NCBI GenBank assembly: GCA_018398765.1
Contig: JAHBMJ010000455.1
Coordinates: 1 to 64,000 of the forward strand
Reading direction: 5' to 3'
Length of the DNA stretch: 64,000 nucleotides
From: Chromera velia
Taxonomy: Eukaryota
The notes beneath the pieces were generated by a model, which saw nothing but the letters and a program-made list of their open reading frames with translations, ran no database searches and was not told the origin of the DNA. Shown here piece after piece: positions 39,518 through 53,924 of the stretch (position 1 is the stretch's first letter; each line of letters starts with the position of its first letter). The translations under genes were made by a program, and so were the position numbers.

Positions 39518-42500
39518 CACTTCTCTGAACGATGCTTCCTCCTTAGACGCGCTTCGCCTCATGCGTCCCACTTGTCTGACCACGCGCTCTCCCTCCCTCC
39601 CTCCCTCCCCCCTCCCTCCCTCCCTGCCTCATGCCTCTTTCCTTCCCCTCTTCCCGTTCTGACAACACAGCACGAGACCCGCAAAGAGAGAGAGAAGAGA
39701 AGGACGTTCGGTCTGATCGCCTTCGTGCAAGGGCGAATAAACAATTTCATCACCGAGACCGGTTGGAGAGGGACGGAGGGAGTGGGTGAGTGAGTGGATC
39801 GGACAGACAACGCATGCACGTTGCAAGAAACACACGCAGACACTGCATGCATGCATGGGTGTGCTTGAATAAATAAGGATCGAGGGAGGTCCCTACAGTG
39901 GGGAGTGTCCTTCCCTTCCCCCCCCCCCACTTCTTTCTCCCTCCCTCCCTCCCCCACCGGACGTTCTGGTTGATGGGCGGGAGGGCCAGCTTCCCTTCCC
40001 TCCCCGTCCCTGAGAGAAGGGCGAGAAGGAACGTGTGCATGCGTGTCCGACTGCCAGCCTGCCTGCCCGACTCTCACTCCACTCATGCATGTCCATCTAC
40101 GCATTCGTCACAAGACAGATAGACCGACAGACCGATCGGCGTGCCTCCTCCCCTCGATTCCATGAATGGAATTGGCAGCATGGCCTTTCTTCTTCGTACG
40201 TTCATCGATCTCTCCGTGCCGTTCTCTCTCTTCTTCCTCTGTCCTGCGTGTGCAATCCAATTATGCCTGCCAACCATTTTTCATACGTGCGTGCGAGCGT
40301 ACCTTATGATACTTGGTTACATGTTGTGCATGCCTGTTGATATGCAAACCAACCGGGTCACCTCCAACCGCCTCGCAATCCCACTCATTCGGTTGGTCGT
40401 TCAGATTTCAGGCAGAAAAGACGAGGAGGTTCTGTCTGCCTACTCTCTCACACGTCAAGAAAGAGCCCGATGTCTTTCCCAATCCGAGAATACTTGCGGG
40501 ACTGCGACAGGCAGGGAGGGAGGGAACAAAGAAGAAAAGGAAAAGACACGCGGCAAACAGCCAACATGACTGAACTGAATGGCGGACCGCAAAAGAAGAA
40601 AACAGAAAAGGACCAAGCCCTCCATGCCCCTCTCGTCTTCTAATTCTCTCTAAAAGGACGCGACTAGAGGCGTAATTTATCTAACCAGCCTCTCCATTGG
40701 AAGCGCCCCCCGGCACATTCACAAGACCTCCTTTCGACGGAGGGAGGGATTCCCATGCAGCCAAAATGAATTGCGTGCGTCATCCGGTTTCTCTCTCAAA
40801 CAGCTCCTAGCTCCAACAGAGAGAGAGACTGAGAGGGAGTGTGCGTGCGCGTGATCGTTCTTTGAGAGATCAGATCAGAGAAAAGAAAAGAAGAGAAGCC
40901 CTCCCTCGATTCAAGTCTCTACCGTTCTCTTCTCTTCTCTTCTCTCTCTTCGATCAGATCAGTCGGTTCGTTCCTCGCTGCCCCCTGCCTGCCCGCCTGC
41001 CCGGCTTTCTTGTCGGCCCGTGCCAGGGCGGAGTGGCCAGAGGACTCGGACCATCATTTGAGTGACTCCATCAGATAAAAGAGGGCTGATCGATCGACCG
41101 ACCGAAGAATGACGGAGGACTCCTCGCACTGGCTGGTACCGTATTTCCTACAGACACGACAGCGACGCAGGAGGGAAAAGGGACCAGGAAGGGGGGAAGG
41201 AAGGACGGGTTCTCCCTGTCTTGGGGAGCAGAGCTTGGTGCATACGTGTTTGTCTGTCTTTCTCTCTGTCCGCCTGTCTGTCCTTTTATGTGACAGACAC
41301 TCAAGGCATCGCATGCAGGAGTGAGTGGAATGAATTCATTGAGTGCAGCACGAAGGGAAGGAAGCGCCCAACGCATGCATGCATGGGAAGGGAAACCAGG
41401 AAGGAAGGAAGGAAGGAGGGTGTGCAAGTATGCATGCGTGCAGGGGGCTGGCAGGGTTGTGTGGGGTAGGGGGGAACGGAAGGTATCCGACTAACTGTCA
41501 GTGACTGACTGCTTGATTCATTGGTTGACTGACTGACTGACGGATTGACGGATTAATTCGGGTGAAACCGGACACATGGGGCCCTGCTTGGCCGGCTGTG
41601 TGTCTGTCTGTCTGTCTGGTCGATTCAGGGCGCAGAGAAGAGAAAGAGGAGGGTTGTCTAGGCCATGAAGGGGGGGAAGAGAATTGGAATTCTTCAGGAA
41701 AGGAACCAAAAGAGGATCGAGGGAAAGAAGGAAGAGAAATGTATGTGCGGATATGGCTGCCTCCCTCAATCTCTAGGTTCTACCCTCCATTGAGGGGAGA
41801 GGGAAGGAAGAGACCCAGACTGGAACGACATACGCACGCATGCACGCACGACACCTGTTGACGCTCTCCAAAGAGAAAGAGAGCTAGGACGAGAACCTCT
41901 CGATGATCGTCGAGTCACGTCGTCATGTCCCCGTGTCTTTTCTTCTTCCCTTATCCCTCGCTCCATCCCTCCCTCTGCCAGTCCGTCTTTCTCCTCCGAC
42001 AACTCTTCGTTCGGCCTTTTTCTCTCCTCCTTGTTTTCTCTGCGCGAGATCGGATCACGGAAACAGATCAGACAGGCACACAGGTTTCTTTCATGTGCTT
42101 ACTGCAGTCTCAGTGCTGCTTTGCAGTGCAGTGCGGTGGAGTAGAGAGGACGGTTCTCGGTGGGTGACGAAGGGAGCATGTCAGACTGAGTGACAGCAGG
42201 AATTAATGGGAAGAGTAAGGGCGGAATCAATCAACCAAGAAAAACTACGGATCGAAGAAAAGTAGCTGGAAGGGACGGGAGGGAATGCTCGGCTCCTTCC
42301 TTCGAATGGACTCTTTCTTTCAGGAAGAAAGAGAGAATCCATTGCACGGGCCTTCTCATTTCTCCTTCCCCTTCACACTGGTCTCCCTCTCTCTCAAGCC
42401 CTTCTTAGCATCAAGACAGAAGAGTACGGAAACAAGGGCAAGCGAATGTACTTCCTCTCTCTTTGGTAAGGATCTCTTCGTTTGCTTGTCTTTTTCTTTC

Positions 42501-43469
42501 TTCCTTTCTCTCTGCCTTGTCAAGAGGCCTCCTGCAGCAGGAAACCTCAAGAGTCCGTCTAATTGATCGACTGACGGACTGACCAAATGAGGACATCAAA
42601 CGATCCAGCGAGCAGTCTATCTCTCTCTCTCTCTCTCGCCATCTCGTCAGGCCAGACTGACGCTCTCCTTTGTCTCTATATCGTCACGGAGAGCCTGGTC
42701 TGACTCCTTGCGTGCCTGCCTGCCTGCCTGCCTCCACGGCCTTTCATTCCTTTCTTCTTTTCTTCCTTTGGCTTCCTTGCTTCTTTCTTTTCTTTCACTG
42801 CAGTACCTCTCATGATCATGCAGGCCTGATTCTTCACTGCCTTCTCCCTTCCTTCCTTCCTTCCTGCGGGAATGGAATGGAATGAATCGAGGGGAGTGGA
42901 GTGGGAGCAAACGAATGGATGGAGTGAATTGGACGAACGGCCCGCTGGATCGATCAGTGGAAGGGAGGAACAGTTTGCAGTCTTGCAGGTCATGAAGAAG
43001 AGGAAGAAGAAGAAAGGAAGACGGCCAAGGAAAACGAAAATGAAAAAAACGAGAAGGAACGATAACAATTGTATCAGGCAGGCAGGCTCGCTCCTGTCTA
43101 TGGGTGTGTGCCTACCTGAAACCTTCCATTCCTTCCTTTTCTTGTGAATTATCGACGAACACAGGAAGAAAAAACAAGAAATACAGAAGAAAGCTGAGAG
43201 AGTGTTTTGTCTGAGTCTTGTATGTCAATCTAGTTTGGTCAGACTGTACTTGTACTTGTCTGGCTGACTGACTGGCTGACTGACTGGCTGACTGTTTGAA
43301 AGCCTCAAACAACGAATCAAACAGCAAAGCAAGGGATCGGGTTGCCTGCTCTGCCGGTGCATTCTTCACTTCTCCCCACAGCAATCAATCACTCAATTCC
43401 TCACTCAATCACTCAATTCCGTATCCACCAGAGAGGTGCAGTCATCCATCCGAATGGATCGGGAAGAAA

Positions 43470-43730
43470 GACTTCGACGCTCCTTCACTGGCTCCCTCCC
43501 GCACGGGTGTGTTATGGTGAAAGAAGGGAAGGGGGGGGAAAAATAAAGTGGGGTGAATGCTGAGGCAGAGCACTCAACACGTAACGCAGACTCTGTCTGA
43601 TTGTGATCACTCAATCAATCAATCGGCCAGCGAGGAAAGAAAAGAAAAGCGATATCTTCGACTTCGACGCTCCTTCACTGGCTCCCTCCCGCACGGGTGT
43701 GTTATGGTGAAAGAAGGGAAGGGGGGGGAA
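43470..43730. repeat. 71-bp exact direct repeat, two copies 190 bp apart
   Basis: GACTTCGACGCTCC...GGGGGGGGAA at 43470-43540 and 43660-43730. Confidence 0.9.
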
Positions 43731-46700
43731 GAGTAAGAGACGGATCGAGAGAGTATTAATGATGCAAAGCGAGAGGATAAGGGGGGAAAAGAACAAGAGA
43801 GAGAAACAGACAGACACACAAACAGAGAGAGGAAGAACTTGAGATGAGGTAAACGGAGAGAAGAGGAGGAGATCGAGGGGAGGTGAAAGAAATCGAGGGG
43901 GCCTCTCCTTCCTTCCTTCCTTCCTTTGCCAGAAGGGGGAAGGAAAAACCGTGTCAGTAATCTGTCTGTCAGTCTGTCAGAGAAGGGAGGCACGGCCCTG
44001 CAGGAAGGAAGAGGGAGAGAGTGGTTGGAGGAAGCCCTTAACTTCTTTTTGTCCGGCCATCGATTGTTTGTTTGTTTGTTTGTTTGTTTGTTGCATGGTG
44101 ACTGCATGCATGACAGCGAATGTTGGGTGACGGAGGAAAGGGCTCGGTCGAATCAGGAGGTTGCGCCTTCAGGGCGGCCAGAGAGAATGAGCTGGAGAGA
44201 CTCACAGAAAGAGGAGAAGTAGCATCTGGAGAAATCTAGCTCAACCTGAGTGGGTTTCTTCTTGTTTTCCCTTGTGACTCGATCAACGCCCCTTTTTATT
44301 TCTTCTCGTCCATTCCTCAGTAAGCGAGGATGAGCGTGTGAGGAGAGCAAATTGAAAAAAGGGAGTCGATCGGAGAAGCAGAGGAAAGCAAAGCGGAGAG
44401 GCGGGGAGGGAGAGAGGGATGGAGGGAGGGAGAGACCGGGCAGAGGAATGAATAGAGGGAGGGCAGAAAGAACTGTGTACTTTTTCCTCCTGGCATTTCA
44501 TCGTTATGTATCGCCTTCCTTCCCCATGCAGGAAGGGGAGTTGGCAAGGAGGGAGGGAGGGAGGAAGAGGGGAGGGAGGACGGAACAGATGAGTGATCTG
44601 GGTGAGGCAGGCAGGTGAATGCGGAGACAACCTCTCGAGATACCCCTAGCCTTTGATCCTTTTATTTTATTTTACCGCGCCCTGCTCTCACACTCTCTGT
44701 GCCAAGCTCTCGCAGTTCGTGTGCATGTCTGCGTGCGTGCGTGCTTCTGTACGTACTGCAGCTGCATAAGTAAGTGCAACGGAAGGAAAACTGCATGGGT
44801 GCAACAGAGAGAGAGAGCTAAAGGGAAGGAAGCAGAAAGAGGACCGCATGCCATGCTATGCAGGGAAACTTTGAGGACTCGATAATGCCACGAGGGGTTT
44901 CATCTGATCGTCGCTTGCCGGCCCGTCCGATTCTTCCCTTAATTGTACAACAAGCAACACAAAGACGAAGAAGTGAACTCATCCATCCATCGTATTCGAC
45001 GGCGCTCCCTGCATGCCTGCAAGCTTTGCCGCGTGCGTGCGTCGCTAGTGCACTAGCTGTTTCTCTCTCTCTGCCCAGCTTGGTCTCTCTTTCTCTCTCT
45101 GCCCAGCTTGGTCTCTCTTTCTCTCTCTGCCCAGAAACAAACGAAAAAGAATACTTTCTCTCTCCCTCTCTCTCTTGACTGGCTCGGCCTGCCTGCCTTC
45201 CTCTCTGTCTGTCTGCATGTATCTCCGTACGATGTTGTGCTTCTTTTCTCAAACAGAGATGGACAGCAGCAAGATGGATGGAGTAGGCGTTCTGACTGTT
45301 GCCCCCCCACCCCAGCTCTCTCTCTCCGTGTGAGTTGGATCGGGAGTTGAAAGGGAATTCCAAAGGAAAGTCGACGGCGGAACGAGGGGGGGACACGAAA
45401 GGGGTGGGGGGGTGGGCAAGTGAGGGTGGATGTGGACCGGATGGAAGGGGGGGAAGGAGCAAGAATGAATGAACGCCTTTACTGATGCACGCACAAGCAG
45501 AGTGGGGCTTTCGAGGGAGAAGGGGTCACATGACTCCTTCCTTCCTAGCTCAAACAAAGAAGGAAGGAACGGCCGAGAAGAGAAGAGAACAGGAGAGACT
45601 GTGGAAAGAAAGAAAAAAAGGATTCCTTCCATGCGACGAATCGGCCGAAGTGGTTGGTTGGTTTACGTAGATTAAAGAGAGCTAGGCGGATGGGTGGGTT
45701 TCTCCAGCGCGGAATCGCAAGGCTGTCGGCGCGCGGAATCGCAAGCAGCGGTGAAGACTAAAAAACAAAGCAGATAGATGTACGCAGCGGGCAAACAAGT
45801 GGGCGTGGGTCAAGCGTCTAGCTCTGGATCCATGCGAACAAACGAGAAGAGAAGAGAAGAGAAGAGAAGAGAAGAGCGCGAGTGGTTGGTTGATTCAGTG
45901 TGGCCAGAAAGCTCGCGTCGCGACAGACGAGAAAAAGAAAAAGTCGATCAGCAGAAAAGAGAAAGGGAAAGACCACATGCAGAAAAGCTAAGAAGGAGAC
46001 CTCAAAGATGGTGCATGCTCAATGGAAGAGCACAGAAGAGAGAGAACAATAGGGAGGGAGAGAGAGAGACGGAAGGATCGAAAGAAGAAAAAAAAAAAGA
46101 GGATCGACGAGAGGTGCGAAGGGATGGGGGTTAGGTGAGAGCAACTCCATAAAATAAGACGGTTAGTTGCCCTCCCTCGCTCCCTCCCTCCCCCCCATGT
46201 GTTTGCCTGTCTGCCTCGTTCTGATAAAGATGCAGGCTCAATCGACTGACTGTTGAATGATTAAAAGGTCGAAGAAAACCGGTTAGGAAAGGGAAGGAAA
46301 GGGGCGGAAGCAGTTCCCCCTGAATGCACGTTCAGGCGACCATTGGGAGCAGCATGTGGTTTCATTGTCTTTCTTTCTGTCTGTCTGTCTTCTTGAGGTC
46401 TGCTTTTTGCACTCGTTGTCCTCTGTCTCGATCTCCGTCCTGCTTTCGCTCTACCATTCACTCGATCTATTCGGTGCGTGTCGGTGCATATGAGAGTCAT
46501 TGAGAGAAAGTGAATTAATGCCTGACCTGATCGATCGAGTGGCCTCGGAGGAAAGGCACTGCATGGCATGAAGTGGGGTGCATGCGCAGGGTGCCAGGCA
46601 GGGTGCATGATGCATGCAAGCATGAAGTTGGGACTCTTCGTTCTTTCATCCAGTTCTATAGATCCACTAGTAGATCCAATATTTTCTGTGTGGGTTGAAA

Positions 46701-47139
46701 TTGAATTTAAAGACAGTTTAAATAAAGAAAAAAGACCAAAACAGTCATTTATCGGCAAGTCAGCATATATAGGCAAAGCAGGTTGAATTCACGAGCTAAT
46801 TTCAAAAGCCACAAGTTCTAACAGGCTCAAGCTAGGGCTCAAGACGTCTTGCAAACTTGTAATAAAAAAAAAAGTCTGGCCTTAACTAGTCTTTAGAGAG
46901 CGCTAGAGAGAGGCTATCAGAGAGCGTGCATGCAAGGTCGAAACTATTTAAAAAGTTATACAAACACCTGCATGATGAAACACTTCAACATTTTTTTTTT
47001 ACTAGTTTTTTTAGAAATTAAATCACAACAGTCCGTCCGTTTAATAGTCATTTTTACAGAAAATAATTAAGAATTTTAAAAAAAAATATTGACTGATTAT
47101 CCCTCACTGATTATCCCGTGCTGCCCTCACTGATTTCCA

Positions 47140-47774
47140 AAGAGAGAACCCTTCCAGACAGAGGCTCTCCATGCTCTTCCTAGCAGAAAGGAAATGGCAG
47201 TCACGTCCATTAGACATAGGAAACGATCTGCACATACGCATGCTGTCCCTTTGTCTTCTTAAATCCTCTGCGAGCATCCGCCCTCTCCTGAGAGCGATGA
47301 CGGGTGGTTATGTGCAGCGGGGGGAGCTAAAGAAGTCTTGCTCGGCTTGCTCTGGCAGAAAAGTTTATGATGAGATCCACTTGCTCACGGAATGTGTGGA
47401 CACAGAGAGGGAAAGACAGAAGCTTGACGAAATCATCACTAGAATAAAGGAGCGTGCGCCTACGCACGCCTATTGAGAAACGAGTGGAAATTGCGCAATG
47501 GATGGCTGCCTCAGCTGGTAGAGGAGTGGGGGAGAATGAAAAGAAAGTCCGAGAGATGATCGCTCTTATTTCGTTGTTCCAGCCTCTGGTGGGCATAAGG
47601 GCGGTTGAGGAGTATATAGCCAAATTGGAGAGAGTTCGTGTTGACATGTGTTAATGAATCAATGCGCTAGGTCAATAAACCAACATTGCATGTCATGCCC
47701 CGTAGTTGGCCAGAGCCTAAGTGGTGGCTCACCGGCTTTAACCGCCTTAATTCAATTTAATTTTATTCAATTCA
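47140..47774 (+). mobile_element. 5'-truncated non-LTR retrotransposon (LINE) remnant
   Basis: ORF2-like C-terminus with CX2CX9HX4C knuckle (CSACSGRKVYDEIHLLTEC, 47339-47395), frameshift near 47460, stop at 47654, short 3' UTR and degenerate (AATTC)n tail at 47749-47774. Confidence 0.65.
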
Positions 47775-49715
47775 TGTTTTATTTTTATATATAATTATAT
47801 ATATTCTAGTATATATTATATATAAAACATCACTAGAAACATTATCATCATCATCGATCATACATAAACCAAACTATACATTACAACATGTTTTACGTTA
47901 CGGTTTAGAGCGTTTTTGAAGAATTAAGAGCTTTAAAATGGCTTTCGACCTGATCTAACTAAAAAAACCGCGTAAAAACCCTTTCACATAAATTTTAGCA
48001 TTTCCACAGCTGAATATTATTTATTGGTGCAAGCCGACTTGGATACCTGGCAGTGGACTGCGAGGATTCCTGCATGGAACATAAAATCCTATCCCCCTAT
48101 CCTATCCTATCGATCCTACTGGCCATATTGTTCGTTTAAATTATTTTTAAAATAGACTATATGGAATTATATATAATGATGGTTTTAATCGTTATTGGTC
48201 TGTATTAAAATCTTGTTGGTCGACAATGCATGAAGGTTAATCGAATCAACACAAATGTCATAAAAAAGATCAAAATTGTGGCTTCCTTGAATTCTTGTTC
48301 TAAATATTTCTTAATTACAGCACGGTTTTTCAAGAACCTTTTTTTTTTCACTCCAACATGCCAGTGACATATGTCACTGTATGTATTCGAATGGTATCGG
48401 TTTCCCCCCACTCTCGACTCTTTTTACTGCTTTGCTTTCGACTTTGCGACAGCGAACAGGCTGGTGTACACACAACCCGTCGCAGTTTGAATTCTTCCTG
48501 CTTCAGCGCTCAATTGACGAAAGAGGCTGACGATCAACGGTGGCATGTGGAAAGGGAAGAGAAGAGAATTGGATGCAATGGTCTGATTGACTCGATCTCT
48601 GTTTCTTGCTCTGTTTCCACACCCATGCATCCTCTGTCGAAACCACGCACAGTTCTATCGACGCAGTTCTCCTTCCTTTCATGTGCGTGACCAGACAACT
48701 AACTCACTGAAAACAGAGAGAGATTGACTGTGGGAGGAATTACTTTCTTTTCTCCAGAGAGAAGAAAGAATAAAGGTGCGAGTCGATGGAGAGTCATGTC
48801 AGAACGACCACTCCCAATGTTTCCCATACTTGAGAGAAAAGTATGCTTCAGAGGGGGAAGCAAGGACTTTTCTCCCCCTCCCCTCTGCCCCTAGATGTCC
48901 CGCCCACGTGACAAGAGCACGGATGGTGCTGTGCAAAATTGCAGGAAAGGAGAATTGAGATGACAAGGCAATTTAGAAAGCTAGTGCCCAAAGACGGAAG
49001 ATTGGGAAGGAAGAAGATCGAAGCGCATCGCTGGCAGGAGAGTTGGAGGGTGTGACCAAAGAAAGGAGTGCGGGGGGGGGAAAGAGAAAGGGAAAGAAAA
49101 GAGGGACCTGATGATGGCAAATTCCTCCTGACAGCGGTGAAGTACAGCCAGGAAAAAAATGGTGAGGAGGTGAGACGGGCGAAAGAAAAAAGGGTAAACA
49201 AGATACCCGACAGAGAGAAAGACAGACAGCAAAGAGAACTTAAATTAATTGGTTCACCCCCACGAGCTAGATCGATTGAAGTACCGATAGGGTGAACAGA
49301 CCGCATGATCATGCGGAGAGAGAACGGAAAGCAGCGCAGTCTGTGCATGTCCCTTTTGTGGCCCCATTAGCTGTCGTTTTGCATGTGTGTTTCGCTGCGC
49401 TGTTCACCGGAAGAGATGAGACAGTACAGTCACGCGGGCATGTGTGAGGTGAAGGAAATACGAGGCAGCATCTTTGTGCTCCTCAAGAAAATAAGGAAGT
49501 GTAGTGACTGGAGAATACATGTCAATCGAATACAGAAAAGCACGACACATACACAAGCAAACACGTCATGTATTGCGTTTTCGGAAAAGCAAAGGAAAAT
49601 GAGTCGCTAGACAGCGCAAGAAGACGCTCTCTGATTGATCGAAGAAGCACCAGTTTGCCGGCCGGAAGATTTTTTCTCTTCTCTTCTCTTGTGAAGACGA
49701 GGATGGCCCCGACCA

Positions 49716-49944
49716 GTTTCTCCCCGTGAGCCACACAGCAGGAGAAAAGTATGGATGGAAGGACGAGATAAAACGAACGCTCGTCAGTTCATGACCGATC
49801 TGAGGACCATGCTGTTTCTCCCCGTGAGCCACACAGCAGGAGAAAAGTATGGATGGAAGGAGGAAAAAGAACGAACGCTCGTCAGTTCATGGCCGATCTG
49901 AGTGAGGACGATGGTGTTTCTCCCCGTGAGCCACACAGCAGGAG
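49716..49944. repeat. ~100-bp tandem repeat, ~2.3 copies
   Basis: GTTTCTCCCCGTGAGCCACACAGCAGGAG starts at 49716, 49814 and 49916. Confidence 0.9.
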
Positions 49945-50230
49945 CAACATCACATTCCTTCCTTTAATGGGCGATAGGCAAAAAAAAGACAGTTTGGGGA
50001 AAAGAAAGGATTTCACGATCTCCCTTCACGTCTGTCAGGACGGGGGACGAACATGAAAAAGTGGGCGAAAAAAGGTAAGCCTATGAACTCCACGCACGTC
50101 TGCATGTCGAGACGGGGGACGATCACAGCTGGGTGAGTGGGTGAAGAGGGAAAAGCCAATTCGTTTCCTACCTTTGCTTTGACACGACACGCCACAGCAC
50201 GGCATGGACATGCAGAAAGAAAGCAAGGAA

Positions 50231-50262
<32 letters not shown>

Positions 50263-51122
50263 AGAACAGAGAGCAGTGTGAGGACCAGTCCCCTTTAAAA
50301 TAAAGAAAAAGAAAGGACAGGATGCATAAAGAGACGTAAAGCGAACTATGAACGAAAGTAAATTGCCTTCTGGCGCCCTCCTCTTGCAGACCCCTCCCTC
50401 TTCCCCCCCACGATCGGACAGGACGACAGCCTTCAACACGGCCGATCGATCGAGCGCAACTTTCAAGAGGGAGACGGGTGAGGGTTGAGAGGAAAAGGAA
50501 GAAAGACGAGTAGGTAGCGATTGTGGGTGGTCACACAACTCCGTGAGGAGCCTCTGAGAGATGCACACACACCCTCCTCCCCCAATCAGTGCGATCCTTC
50601 GTGCATCTTTCTACTGCATGTGCCATACAACCTTTATTGATACCCTCCCCGGCCGCTTTTACTTCTTTCTTTCAGCCATTTACAGCAGTCAAAATACAGG
50701 CAGGCAAGCAGAGAGGAAGGAACAACTGCATGACTGCATGAGAGAAAGAGACCCACCCGTACTGTCTGTCAAATTGTACCCACCCGAACCCTCCCTTGGT
50801 TGAAATCTCGTTTGCCCATTTATAGCGATATTGCAGCAGTCAAAAAAAAGAAAGGGGGGGACGACTGAGAGAAAGAGAGACGACGATCCTCGTCCGAAGT
50901 CTCTCCTTCTTTCTTTCCTTTCACCTCCCGCCCCCCCTCCCTTCATCATCCATCCATCCATCCATCTATTCGCCTTGGTTGAATGCTCGTCACTTCCTTC
51001 GGGTACTTCTGAGAGGAGAAAGCAAGCGAAGCGAGTGATCAGTCGACTCTCTCTTCCTCTCTCCCCTCTTCCCCATCGAAACTTCTTTCTTGTACTTTCT
51101 TCTTTCTACACCCCGATCTCTC

Positions 51123-52894
51123 TCACACCTGATCTGATACGAGAGGGAGGCCGAGCCCATTTCCTGCTCTCTCCCCTCCTCCTTCGTTCCTCTGGCCGCC
51201 CCAAGAGAATGACTGAAAGAAGGCACTTCCAGGCTGGAAGAGAGAGCGCTCAGGAGGAGGAGGAGGAGGAGGTGCGGGCACTCCAGGGATCACTCCTCTC
51301 CCGCTTTCTACGTCTGCTTCTTCGTGCCCCGTCTCCTGAATCTGCCCCAACTCCAGACCCGCACCCGCTCCTTTTGGCTGAGGAGGGGGTCTCTGGGAGA
51401 AGTAGGTGGCGGCTGCAGAGGAGCGGTTAGATCTGAACCCGTCTCTGTCTCTGGGCGACTGAGTTCCCCCCCACCCTCTTGCGTGTGCCTGGGCGAGAGG
51501 GACGGGGCCTTCTGTGTGTGGTGCTCTCATTGAGGGGGACATCATTCTGTCTCTGTCTGGAGGGGCCTGGGCCCTCTCACCCTCGTCCTCCAGCACACGG
51601 GGGGACCCCTCTGTCCTGAAACTGTCGTTGGGACCACCCGAGGCCGTGAGCTGCTTTGAGGCGTTGAGAGGTGAACCCTCGGGGGCTGTTTGGCCCTCTG
51701 CAGACATACACGCGGGGGGACACAGGGCGGGAGGGAGGGAGTGATGAATGGAAGGGAGGGAGGACGCATGCGTGTGATGTGTGTGTCCGCAGGCAGATAG
51801 AGAGGAGAGGGAAAACCAGGGAGGAAAACTGCCTCAAGAGACCCAACAAGCAAGCAGGGATGTCTGCCGGAAGTGAAGGGGGAAACAAAGAGAATCGAAA
51901 GCCCAGACAGACAGGGCCCCGACAGGCAGAGGTGTTTAGGAAATAAGTGGACGGACGAATAACACCGTGAGGTGAATGGAAATACACATCTTGAGCCACG
52001 GTGGGAGTGGGAGGCACGCAGGGGAGGAGAGCAGATCACCGAAGGTACAAAGAGGAGCCGGGAAGGAGAAAGCCGGGAGGGAGAAAAGCTTTCAGTGAAG
52101 CGGCCTCTATACACTTTCTTCTTTCTGCCCTCCCTGCCTTTCTTGTTCTTTCTCTCTAATGTGACCAACCAACCGACCGACCGACCTTCCGGTTTTGTCA
52201 CCTCCTGTGCAAGTTCTGCATCCGATCCTCCGCCGAGACCGTCAAACTCTTTTCTCACAACATGGAACTCGTTGCTCTTGGACCATGTGCAAAACGCGTA
52301 GACGGTGGCTGCGTGCAGGCAGGAGCATTTTTGGTATCATATGAAGGTGATTCGCCGAAAAAAGACTCTAGAGAGAGCGAGTGCGACGAGGGACACATCA
52401 AGTGGTTGTCCTTCGATCCGTCCAACAGAAGGCGAAGGAGACCCGAGGGAGCCCAAAAGACAGACAGACAGACTATATCGATGTGTTTCTTCTTCTCCCT
52501 TCTTTTCTTCATGTACAGAACAGACAAAAAGAAACAAAGAAAAAAAAAAAAACAGAACAAACAATGAAACAACGTGGGCAGGGGGCCAGACAGACGGAAA
52601 GAAGCAGAAATGGGAAAGAGAAAGATAGAGGAGAGCAGCAACAGAGAGAAACATGAGGAACCGAATCAACAGTACTTACCAATACATTCGTACAGCTGAA
52701 ACAGCACGAAGCACGATGAACAAAACGCCGGAATGATGATCTTGTGCCAGACGAGGCCGAGCAGCCAGTTTCCCCACGCGTCTTCCGGCAGGACTCCAGG
52801 AGGCAGTTGTTTGAATTGGTGGAGGGCCCCAAATCCGTACCCCCACATGTAGAGACTCTGCACGATCGAGAGTTGGGTGGGTCGTTACACATGC

Positions 52895-52925
<31 letters not shown>

Positions 52926-53880
52926 TAGATAGATACAGTGAGTGGAGAAGGCAACAGGATAGGAGGCAAACTAAAAGGAGAGTACGTGTCTAGCAGAATG
53001 ACAAGGACAGAAGATGTTGTTTGCTTTATTGTCTTTCGGAACGATAAGAGAATCAGATTGACGGCTTGATTGGCTGAAAAGAAAGTTCCATTCCCTCCTA
53101 AGCTCTGCCTTTCTCCCGGTCCTTCTGAAGAAGACAAATGCATGAATACGAGGACAGGAGACAAATAGATAAACAGGCAAAAAGACACGCAGACAGGGGG
53201 GAAGGTGGGGAGACAGAAAGGAACGCAAAAAAAGAAATGAGGAAGAGGCGGACCTGTATGAAGATGGAGACGCCTGTCAAGAAAATGGAGGTATCCATCT
53301 CAAAAATGTTGGCCATATACAACCCCCAGAGCAAGAAGTTCCCAACACACAGGAAGCTCCCTGCCATCCACATGATCAGGGTAAAGAAAAGAAGGACCCG
53401 CCGAGAGAAGGGGATCTTCTCCGCGTACAGGGCGACCTGCACGGGTGCATACATACATACATACATACATGCACATTCAGATTTCATTTCTGTTGGTGCA
53501 TGGGTGTGTGTATGAACTTGAATGCTTGTGTGTTTGAACAATCCGGCCAGAAAGATCCATCAATCTTTTCTTCTCGGGTGAGTTCAAATGGTGGGATGCA
53601 GTCAAAACCCGGGCCGAGAGGGACAGAGGGAGGATAGGGGAAACACATGAAAGCCGGCAACAGTTCAGCAGAGCAACAGTAGCGTGAGAGAGAAGGAAGG
53701 GGAAAAAGTCCATGCATCAAAGGAAGAGAGAGACGGCCACACAGCGAGGCCAACTTGCAACGATCAAAAGAGACTTGATAGGCAAGAGAAATCAAGCGAG
53801 ACAGACTTTATCGTCTTTTCTTTCCCTTGTTCTCTTTGTTCATTCTCTTCTGTTTTTTTCTTTCTTCTTTCAGACAGAGC

Positions 53881-53924
<44 letters not shown>

